DNA of 64,000 nt, taken from the NCBI GenBank assembly GCA_902761585.1, contig CACWKX010000002.1:52512-116511 (forward strand), given 5' to 3'. The notes under the pieces are model-generated. The model made no database searches, had not been told where the DNA came from, and worked only from the letters and a program-made list of their open reading frames with translations. This document shows, one piece after another, positions 56,379 through 64,000 of this stretch (positions are counted from its first letter, which is position 1; every line of letters begins with the position of its first letter). A program made the translations under genes and the position numbers. This DNA comes from an uncultured Lachnospiraceae bacterium. Lineage in GTDB: Bacteria; Bacillota; Clostridia; Lachnospirales; Lachnospiraceae.

Positions 56379-57722
56379 TTATACATCCGCAGGCTGCTCC
56401 TGCGGAATATCCTTCTTCTCTTCCTCTGCCGGCTTTTCAACCTCCACCGCATTGTCTGCGATGAACTCTGCCGCCATCTGGGTTGCGATCTCATCCTTCA
56501 TCGTCTTGACGGACTCCTCACCCATCAGAGAAGTCAGCTTATCCTTCTCCATATTGTATGCCTTCGCAAGCTTGTCGATCTCCTCGTCGAACCGCTCGTC
56601 GCTGCATTCAATCTTCTCAGCCTTCTGAACTGCCTCCAGCACCAGACTGTTCTGGATTCTCTTCAGCGCCTCCGGCTTCATCTGGTCCATCATCTTCTTG
56701 CGGTCCATGCCGGTAAACTGCATGTACTGATCGATGCTCAGCCCCTGCTGGCCGATCCGCTGGCTGAACTCATCGAGCATCCGGGTTGCCTGCTCCTCAA
56801 CCATCGCTTCCGGAATATCCATCTCCGCATTCTTCACAGCCTCGGCAAGCGCCTCGTTCTGCTTCTTCGCCTTGGCCTCATTCTCCTTGCGCTCACGGAT
56901 CTTCTGAGCGACATCCTTCTTGTACTCCTCAAGCGTATCAAACTCAGAGACGTCCTGGGCAAAGTCATCATCAAGTGCCGGAAGCTCCTTGACCTGGATG
57001 CTGTTTACCTTGCACTTGAAGACAGCTGCCTTCCCCTTCAGGTTCTCTGCCTGATAATCCTCCGGGAAGGTGACATTCACATCGAACTCCTCGCCGATGT
57101 TCTTACCGACAATCTGATCCTCAAATCCCGGGATGAAGGAACCGGAGCCGACTACCAGCTCATAGTTTTCCGCCTTGCCGCCGTCAAACGGAACTCCGTC
57201 AATGCTTCCGTCAAAATCAAGCTTGATGTGGTCATCCTTCTGAACCGGACGGTCATCCACATCGACCATGCGGGCGTTGTGCTCTCTTTCCTTGTCAAGT
57301 TCCTTCTGGATCTCATCGTCAGAGACAGAGATCTCAGTCTTTGCAACCTCCACGCCCTTATACTGACCGAGCGTGACAGCAGGCTTCAGAGCAACCTCTG
57401 CAGTATAGATGAACGGCTTTCCTTCCTCGATCTGAGTGATATCGATCTTCGGGCGGGAAACAACCGTCTCCCCGCTCTCCTCGACAGCCTTGTCATAGGT
57501 CCTCTGAAGGACCAGGTTTGCAGCATCCTCAAAGAAGACGCCCTTTCCGTACATCTGCTCAATCATCTTTCTCGGTGCCTTTCCTCTGCGGAAGCCCGGG
57601 ATATTGATTCTCTTCCTGTCCTTTTTCCACGCATCGTTGAGAGCCTGCGTCAGCTCCTCTGCGGTGGCTGTGACAGTCAGAACCGCCATATTATGCTCTT
57701 TCTTCTCTACCGTAACGCTCAT
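56379..57722 (-). CDS. tig: Trigger factor
   Basis: IPGFRRGKAP, FIPGFEDQ, FPEDYQA. Confidence 0.98.
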   Translation of the reverse strand: MSVTVEKKEHNMAVLTVTATAEELTQALNDAWKKDRKRINIPGFRRGKAPRKMIEQMYGKGVFFEDAANLVLQRTYDKAVEESGETVVSRPKIDITQIEEGKPFIYTAEVALKPAVTLGQYKGVEVAKTEISVSDDEIQKELDKEREHNARMVDVDDRPVQKDDHIKLDFDGSIDGVPFDGGKAENYELVVGSGSFIPGFEDQIVGKNIGEEFDVNVTFPEDYQAENLKGKAAVFKCKVNSIQVKELPALDDDFAQDVSEFDTLEEYKKDVAQKIRERKENEAKAKKQNEALAEAVKNAEMDIPEAMVEEQATRMLDEFSQRIGQQGLSIDQYMQFTGMDRKKMMDQMKPEALKRIQNSLVLEAVQKAEKIECSDERFDEEIDKLAKAYNMEKDKLTSLMGEESVKTMKDEIATQMAAEFIADNAVEVEKPAEEEKKDIPQEQPADV

Positions 57723-57814
57723 TGCAGCTTTACTCCTTCTGATTCGAATCGTTTTTTTATAAACAGCCGTTGTGGTATTATATCACACGGACTTTAAGTA
57801 TACTACCGATTTTT

Positions 57815-58378
57815 TCAGCTGTCCACTCTCTCGCAAAATACAATACTCTGAGCGACGCGGGCCGCATTCTCTCGGTCCGTCAGGCGCTCGATGATTTTCA
57901 AGGAAAATGGAATGGCTGTTCCTGCGCCGCGGCTGGTGATGAAGCTGCCGGACTCCACAACCTCATCTGTCGAAAGTTCTGCCCCGGTCAGGCCGCTCTC
58001 ACATCCCGGATAACAGGTCGCCTTCTGTCCCTTCAGCAGTCCGAGTCCGCCGAGGACAGTCGGGCCGGCGCAGATTGCGCAGATCAGCTTTCCTTTTCCG
58101 GCTGCATCCTTCAGTGCTTCTGCAAGTCCCTGATGTTCCCTGAGGTATGTGACACCCGGCATCCCGCCCGGAAGAACCAGTGCGTCCGCCTCATCCATTC
58201 TGCATGTCTCAAAAAGACAGTCCGCTTCCACCGGAATATGGCTTCTGCCGGTCACCGTCCTGCGTCCCATAATGGAAACCGTTGTCACATCCAGCCCGCC
58301 CCTGCGCAGAAGATCAACCGGGGTGAGCCCCTCGACCTCCTCAAAACCGTCTGCCAGAAAGATCAATACCTTTTTCAT
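57815..58378 (-). CDS. DJ-1/YajL/ThiJ family protein
   Basis: ADGFEEVE, VLPGGMPG, AICAGP, TSRGAGTA. Confidence 0.95.
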   Translation of the reverse strand: MKKVLIFLADGFEEVEGLTPVDLLRRGGLDVTTVSIMGRRTVTGRSHIPVEADCLFETCRMDEADALVLPGGMPGVTYLREHQGLAEALKDAAGKGKLICAICAGPTVLGGLGLLKGQKATCYPGCESGLTGAELSTDEVVESGSFITSRGAGTAIPFSLKIIERLTDRENAARVAQSIVFCERVDS

Positions 58379-58521
58379 TGCGTTCCTCCTGTCATAAATT
58401 ATATGATTTTTGTATTTTTTATAGAATTTTGGTTAAATTAGGTTAAATTAGTAGTGAAATTCTCGTCATTCAGTTTATAATAGTATCATCTTCGCTGATC
58501 ACAATCGAAGGAGGGAGTAAC

Positions 58522-58755
58522 ATGAAGAATGAAAGGCTCGGTCAGTTCAAGCAGCTTGGACTGACAATCGCATACTACAGGAAATTAAAAGGATATACCC
58601 AGCAGGAGCTCGCAGAAGCTTCCGGCCTCAGCCGGACACATATCAGCAACCTGGAAGCCCCGAACATGCCCACATCCATTTCTCTCGAGAAGCTTTTCGA
58701 CATCGCCGATGCGCTCGATGTCCCTGTCAAAGCTTTCTTTGACTTCAGAGCCTGA
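58522..58755 (+). CDS. XRE-family HTH regulator, 77 aa
   Basis: IAYYRKLKGYTQQELAEASGLSRTHISNLE; GGAGGG SD. Confidence 0.92.
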   Translation: MKNERLGQFKQLGLTIAYYRKLKGYTQQELAEASGLSRTHISNLEAPNMPTSISLEKLFDIADALDVPVKAFFDFRA

Positions 58756-58786
58756 AACCTAAAAAACTGCATCCGTTCTTTCATAG

Positions 58787-58824
58787 AGCCAGCTTCTCAG
58801 ACATCTCTGTCTGAGAAGCTGGCT
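58787..58824. terminator. Perfect 17-bp inverted repeat between convergent genes
   Basis: agccagcttctcagaca-tctc-tgtctgagaagctggct. Confidence 0.85.
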
Positions 58825-58905
58825 TTCGGTTTTCTCCTCCGGACTATACCATCTGCCTGACTGTTTTTTCCGGCAGGCGCGCAGCCGCCAGCCGATTCCT
58901 TCTGT

Positions 58906-60225
58906 TCAGGCTGCTCCCAGCAGAAGTCTCAATACCTGGCCTGTGTTCATTCCTGCCAGACCGTCCGGATCAGACAGAACGCTTCGCTTCCCGCCCAGCG
59001 TCCAGCGCATCCTGGAATAATCGGTCAGATAGCTCGTTCCTCTGCTGCTGTCCGGATACTTCCTGTACCAGCGCGGAAAATATTTTTTCATATATCTGGC
59101 TGCCAGCTTCACCGCACGGCTGTTCTTTTTCCCTCGTCTTGAAGCCGTCCCTGTAATCATGACTCCCTTCGGGCTCGAATGAACAAGGACAACGCTTCCA
59201 TCGCTGCACTGTCCCAGAACAATATATACATGTCCTCCTTGAAGACTCATGATGTCCCCCGGTCTGAAATCGCTGTAGCTTCCCGCGGGCGAATAGTTTC
59301 CCCAGCCCCAGCCGGCAAATGTCCTTGCCATATCCTGCGCCAGCATGACATAGTCTCCATGTCCGCTGACAGAATTGAACGTATTGTAGAGCACCCACCC
59401 TACATAGCCTGAGCAGTCAAGACCCAGGTGAGACAAGTATCGGAAATTCTTGTAATTATATGACCTGGGAGATTTTCTGAAAAACTGCTCCCATCTCGGA
59501 GATACCCCGATTGTGGTCGCCTCAATACTGCCTTTGTGCGATTTTTTTTCGGCGCCGGATTCCCAGCCGCCTCCCCAGATATACATCGTCTTTCCGACCG
59601 GAAGCAGCGCTGTGGTCAGAAAACTGCGGAGCGTCGCCTTTTGAATCTGGTATCCTCTGTTGTCGTAGAAGGCTCCGCTTTCATCAAACTGAAGATTCAG
59701 GGCTGTATTCCGTGCAGTTACCAGATCTTCCGGCGGTTCACTCATTGGTGCCGTATTCGGCACCCCGCGCACAACGATGACCGTGGAGCTCCTCGCTCCG
59801 TGGTCCGCCGGATCAAAAAAATATGTTTTCTTTCCGATTTTGATATAGCCGAATCGCTGAACACCATTCTTCCGGAAGAAATAATATTTTCGCCCAAGCC
59901 TGACCAGCCCCGTTACACGGAATCCCCCTTTATCCAGATAATAGGTCCGGTTTCCTTCCTTCAGCCACCCCCGCTGCAGCTTTCCGTCCGATGGGACAAA
60001 ACGGTATTTTTTGCTGACTCTCTTCCATCTGCCGCACACAGGAAGCGGTTCTCTTTTCAGCGTCCGCTGGATTGTACCTTGAATCTCCCCATTTTCAGCG
60101 AACGCGGCAACCGGGCACATGCATATACATAAAAATACAAGAAGCAGCCCCGTCATTGCATTGCGCCATCGTTTTCGCTCATGTCTGCCTGCTTTCATAT
60201 CTTTCCAAATCTTCATTCTTTTCAA
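58906..60225 (-). CDS. Secreted protein: cell-wall-binding repeats plus NlpC/P60-like cysteine peptidase domain
   Basis: Signal peptide; GWLKEGNRTYYL and KKTYFF repeats; YIWGGGW, GLDCSGYVGW, GHVYIVLG. Start uncertain. Confidence 0.75.
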   Translation of the reverse strand: MKRMKIWKDMKAGRHERKRWRNAMTGLLLVFLCICMCPVAAFAENGEIQGTIQRTLKREPLPVCGRWKRVSKKYRFVPSDGKLQRGWLKEGNRTYYLDKGGFRVTGLVRLGRKYYFFRKNGVQRFGYIKIGKKTYFFDPADHGARSSTVIVVRGVPNTAPMSEPPEDLVTARNTALNLQFDESGAFYDNRGYQIQKATLRSFLTTALLPVGKTMYIWGGGWESGAEKKSHKGSIEATTIGVSPRWEQFFRKSPRSYNYKNFRYLSHLGLDCSGYVGWVLYNTFNSVSGHGDYVMLAQDMARTFAGWGWGNYSPAGSYSDFRPGDIMSLQGGHVYIVLGQCSDGSVVLVHSSPKGVMITGTASRRGKKNSRAVKLAARYMKKYFPRWYRKYPDSSRGTSYLTDYSRMRWTLGGKRSVLSDPDGLAGMNTGQVLRLLLGAA

Positions 60226-60311
60226 ACTTCACCTTTCCCCAGATTCCGGCCTGCTTCTGGCCGTATTTCCGCCATCAGTCATCCGAAGTCAGCAGCAGAT
60301 TCACTTCCTAT

Positions 60312-61691
60312 TCATCCGGCGAACTTCTGGACATACCCGCCGATCAGAATAACCAGAATTCCGAGCGGAAGAATATAGGTCATGTAAAACCGGAACCGAC
60401 TGCTGAACTTTGGTCCGTCCCCTGTGTTGGCTTCCTTCAGAAATGCATCAAAGCCCCAGCCGCTCTTTCTTGTACAAAACAGCACATAGATCAGCGACCC
60501 AATCGGAAGAATATTGTTGGAAACCAGAAAATCCTCAAAGTCCAGGATCGTCGATCCAGCTCCAAGCGGCTGGACCGACGAGAGAAGATTATAGCCCAGC
60601 GCGCATGGAAGTGATAAAAGGATCAGAAGGATCCCGTTAACCAGAACCGATTTCTTCCGCCTCCAGCCAAACGCATCCATATTCATCGCAATGATGTTTT
60701 CAAACACCGCGATCACCGTCGACAGGGATGCGAATACCATGAACAGGAAGAACAGCGTTCCCCAGAAACGGCCGCCCCTCATCCTGGCAAACACCTTCGG
60801 CAGGGCAATAAAAATCAGTCCGGGGCCCTGATCCATCTTCACATCGTAGGCAGAGCACCCCGGGAAAATGATCAGTCCGGCCATGATCGCAACGAAGGTG
60901 TCGAGTACGATCACCATCGCCGACTCGCCCGGAAGCGATTTTTCCTTGCCGATATAGCTGCCAAAGATCGTGAGCGCGGCGATTCCCAGCGAAAGCGTGA
61001 AAAATGCCTGTCCCATTGCAGCAAAGATGACGTTGAGAATCTCCGTCCCCTTCCACTGGCTGAAATCCGGAACCAGATAAAATTTCAGCCCCTCACCGGC
61101 TCCCGGCAGCGTAATGCTTCGGATCGCCAGAACCAGCATCAGGATAAACAGAATCAGCATCATCGGCTTCGTGACCTTCTCCACGCCATTCTGTACGCCC
61201 TGCGCAACAATCAGAAGTCCGATCACCGTCACGGCAAGCATCCAGAGCACCATCTGCCTGGGGTCTGCAAGCATGGAATTGAAGATCTGACCGGCCTCAT
61301 CCTCTGCGAGCCCGGACAGCTGCCCGGAGGCCATCTTGAACATATAGTTCAGCATCCATCCGGCGACCGTCGTATAGTACATCATCAGCAGATAGTTGCC
61401 GATAATCGCAAAAACAGTATAAAACCGCCACCCGGACCTCTCACCTCCTGGCGCCAGAGCCTGAAAGCACTTTCCTGCACTCTTCTTTGCGGCCCTCCCT
61501 ACGGCAAACTCCATCGTCATGACCGGCCAGCCCATCACGACGAGGAAAACCAGATACAGCAACACGAAAGCCGCTCCGCCATACTGTCCCGTGATAAACG
61601 GAAATCGCCAGACATTGCCGATGCCGATCGCGCATCCCGCGCTGACCAGAAGGAACCCCAGCCTTGAACCAAAACTTTCCCTTTTCTCCAT
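60312..61691 (-). CDS. Sodium-dependent transporter (NSS/SNF family)
   Basis: SAGCAIGIGNVWRFP, GQAFFTLSLG, QGPGLIF. Confidence 0.96.
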   Translation of the reverse strand: MEKRESFGSRLGFLLVSAGCAIGIGNVWRFPFITGQYGGAAFVLLYLVFLVVMGWPVMTMEFAVGRAAKKSAGKCFQALAPGGERSGWRFYTVFAIIGNYLLMMYYTTVAGWMLNYMFKMASGQLSGLAEDEAGQIFNSMLADPRQMVLWMLAVTVIGLLIVAQGVQNGVEKVTKPMMLILFILMLVLAIRSITLPGAGEGLKFYLVPDFSQWKGTEILNVIFAAMGQAFFTLSLGIAALTIFGSYIGKEKSLPGESAMVIVLDTFVAIMAGLIIFPGCSAYDVKMDQGPGLIFIALPKVFARMRGGRFWGTLFFLFMVFASLSTVIAVFENIIAMNMDAFGWRRKKSVLVNGILLILLSLPCALGYNLLSSVQPLGAGSTILDFEDFLVSNNILPIGSLIYVLFCTRKSGWGFDAFLKEANTGDGPKFSSRFRFYMTYILPLGILVILIGGYVQKFAG

Positions 61692-61711
61692 CCCTGTACT
61701 CCACCTGACTT

Positions 61712-62200
61712 TCAGTATCCGAATTCCCCAGTCAGAGACTCATCGTTGTCAATCCATTCCTGCACTGGAATAACCCTGTAGTGCTCATCATCGTCCCGCA
61801 CGATCACCTTCTCAATTCCGGCATTGATGATCAGGCGCTTGCACATACTGCAGGAGCAGGAATTGCGCACGTATTCCCCGTTTCCTGCTTCCCGTCCCGA
61901 CAGATAGATGGTCGAACCGATCATCTTATCCCGCTCTGAGGAAATGATTGCGTTCGCCTCCGCATGGACAGAGCGGCAGAGCTCGTACCGCTGTCCCCTC
62001 TGTACGCCCAGCTTTTCCCGGATGCAGTACCCCAGATCCGTACAGTTTTTCCTTCCTCTTGGGGCACCATTGTACCCTGTTGAAATCACCTCATCGTTCT
62101 TGACAATCACTGCTCCGTAATGCCTTCTCAGACAGGTAGACCGCTTTGACACAACATCCGCCAGGTCGAGGTAATAGTTTACTTTATCACGACGTGCCAT
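61712..62200 (-). CDS. dCMP deaminase-family protein
   Basis: STCLRR, TGYNGAP, VHAEANA, CSMC; start MARRDK. Confidence 0.93.
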   Translation of the reverse strand: MARRDKVNYYLDLADVVSKRSTCLRRHYGAVIVKNDEVISTGYNGAPRGRKNCTDLGYCIREKLGVQRGQRYELCRSVHAEANAIISSERDKMIGSTIYLSGREAGNGEYVRNSCSCSMCKRLIINAGIEKVIVRDDDEHYRVIPVQEWIDNDESLTGEFGY

Positions 62201-62324
62201 CCAAACCTCCTCCTTTGCAAAATACATGTTCAGATAACATTTAGGTGATATTATAGCATGGCCGGTCCCATTCGAAAAGCCACCGGCCCTGGGAATGCAC
62301 TGTCAAGCCCGATACAGTGACTCT

Positions 62325-62365
62325 GCCTTCATCCCGGGCTCCGCACCCAAATATACGCGGTCGTC
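62325..62365. repeat. Dispersed 41-bp intergenic repeat, copy C (more diverged)
   Basis: 30/41 identical to 6408-6448, no gaps. Confidence 0.65.
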
Positions 62366-62372
62366 TTCACAT

Positions 62373-62418
62373 AAAAAGGCGGCCTGCATGCACATATGCG
62401 CATACAGACCGCCTTTTT
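62373..62418. terminator. Terminator after the OppA-like gene
   Basis: aaaaaggcgg...ccgccttttt. Confidence 0.8.
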
Positions 62419-62490
62419 GTTCAGATGTATGAAAGGACCCCTCCTGCATCAGCAGGGCTTCATCCATCCGGATTCAGCACACAGCCTTGC

Positions 62491-64000
62491 TTATCTTCCG
62501 AACTGTGCGTCGTTGTTTCCGGAGCTTGTCTGCCACATCTCGAGCATGTTGATCGGGTCGTTGTAATCAGCAAGCCATCCCTCACGAGCAAAGTCGAAGT
62601 TGCCGTTCTTTCTGTCGTTCAGGAAGACGTTCCACTCCTCGGAGTTGATCGTCATGTTGATGCCGATTGCTGCCAGATCCTGCTGCATCGACTGAGCGAC
62701 TGCGACATGTCCGGTACCATCGTTGGTCAGATACTCGATATTGATCGGGGTGGAGTCGGACAGCTTATTGTCGTCCGTGAACTCATAGCCGGCATCCTCA
62801 AGGAGCTTGCGCGCCTCTGCGATGTTGTCATCGGTCGGGCCGGTTGTGCTCGGATCATAGTATCCGACTGCATCCTTGTCTCCGAACTTCCAGGTCACCG
62901 GATAGGTGTAATCATCATCATTTGTGTCAAAGACACCACCCATTCCATCAGCCATACCATCCGGAATAAAGGTGCCTGCCGGCTCCTGTCCGGTCTGACC
63001 GACAGAATCAACGATCCACTGGCGGTCGATCAGCAGAGAGAAAGCCTTTCTCATCTCGGCAGCCTGCTCCGGTGTCTTGCCGTCGAACAGAGAGCTGTTG
63101 ACGTTGAAGCACGCATAGTAGGTTCCAAGGTTCGGGATGATGTAGAAATCATCATTGTTGATGACGTTCGGGATCTCATCGTTCGGAACCGTATCGATGA
63201 ACTGAAGAGATCCATCCTTGTATGCATTGTAGATCGCAGTGTCATCTGCGCTCAGCATGAAGTTGATCTTGTTCAGAGAAACCGCATCTGCATTCCAGTA
63301 GTTCGGGTTCTTCTCATAGGTCATGGACTGGTTGTGTGTCCAGGACGTCAGCGTAAACGGACCGGAACCGACAAAGCCAGCCTCAAGTGCCCATGCACCT
63401 GGGTTCTTTCCATCCGGATCAGCCTTCTCAATCGCCTGCTGCGGAACCGGGAAGAATGCCGGGAATGCGCACAGATCAAGGAAGTATGCGCAGGGCTTCG
63501 CGAGATGGACGGTGAAAGTTGAACCATCATCGGATGCCTCGATGTCGAGGGTACCATCATCCTTCTTTGCAAGGTTCATGGAATCGATCAGATAGCTGTA
63601 GTCCGCTGCAGTATCCGGGTTTGCCAGACGGTTCCAGCTGTAGACAACGTCGTTGGCATCCAGTGTATCGCCATCCGACCACTTCAGACCCGGCTTCATC
63701 TTGAAGGTATAGGTCAGTCCGTCTTCAGACTCCTGCGGCTCACCGTCAGCAAGCTCCGGGACAAGCTTGTTGTCCTTGTCATATGCATACAGCCCTGCGA
63801 AGTTCAGAATTGCGAGGCAGGCGCCATCAACCGTGGAGTTCAGTGCCGGGTCCAGATGGTCCGGTTCAGAAGCCAGGTTCGCGTTCAGCTCATTGTTCGG
63901 CGCTGACATATATGCAAAATACTTGAATCCGAACAGGTTCGCGTAGAGGCCTGTGCAGTCCTTGTTCAGCATGTAGATGTCGTTGTAGAAGTAGAGCGGA
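62491..64000 (-). CDS. Oligopeptide ABC substrate-binding protein (OppA-like), 3' part; unusual domain order
   Basis: EPDHLDPA, YTFKMKPGLKWSDG, GSGPF, KNPNYW, GWLADY; the frame is open to the window edge. Confidence 0.9.
   Translation of the reverse strand, partial: PLYFYNDIYMLNKDCTGLYANLFGFKYFAYMSAPNNELNANLASEPDHLDPALNSTVDGACLAILNFAGLYAYDKDNKLVPELADGEPQESEDGLTYTFKMKPGLKWSDGDTLDANDVVYSWNRLANPDTAADYSYLIDSMNLAKKDDGTLDIEASDDGSTFTVHLAKPCAYFLDLCAFPAFFPVPQQAIEKADPDGKNPGAWALEAGFVGSGPFTLTSWTHNQSMTYEKNPNYWNADAVSLNKINFMLSADDTAIYNAYKDGSLQFIDTVPNDEIPNVINNDDFYIIPNLGTYYACFNVNSSLFDGKTPEQAAEMRKAFSLLIDRQWIVDSVGQTGQEPAGTFIPDGMADGMGGVFDTNDDDYTYPVTWKFGDKDAVGYYDPSTTGPTDDNIAEARKLLEDAGYEFTDDNKLSDSTPINIEYLTNDGTGHVAVAQSMQQDLAAIGINMTINSEEWNVFLNDRKNGNFDFAREGWLADYNDPINMLEMWQTSSGNNDAQFGR

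Overview
A GC-rich, mostly housekeeping stretch of a Lachnospiraceae-like (Clostridia) chromosome. Almost every gene is on the minus strand; only two small CDSs are on +. In transcription order (right to left): a partial OppA-like binding protein, dCMP deaminase, an NSS transporter, a cell-wall NlpC/P60-like protein, an XRE regulator (+), DJ-1, tig-clpP-clpX-engB (no lon), valS, a triple-YARHG protein, addB-addA, a single ORF fusing YfhO to MurB, rapZ-whiA, an MFS transporter, a CMP-kinase-like protein, nrdR, a three-gene DUF5717/DUF5716/helical-protein cluster, purF-purB-purA, two membrane proteins, infC-rpmI-rplT, tRNA-Leu(AAG), rpmJ-rpsM-rpsK-rpsD-rpoA-rplQ, a maltodextrin ABC/malQ/LacI module, ecfA1-ecfA2-ecfT-truA and rplM-rpsI. 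I found no CRISPR array, transposase, integrase, phage gene or recognisable defence system. The most unusual signals are: (1) a structured ~111-bp tandem array between engB and valS, ending in a 177-bp element with 13-bp terminal inverted repeats, whose units carry SD+ATG pairs in frame with valS; (2) the in-frame YfhO-MurB fusion; (3) a dispersed 41-bp intergenic repeat found just downstream of terminators at three loci; (4) an apparently degenerate Hsp70-like gene co-encoded with a large Ig/helical protein; (5) a ~75-aa insertion in EngB; (6) an OppA with tandem or permuted architecture; (7) an A34 tRNA-Leu. All family assignments come from motif recognition by eye; no database searches were run.
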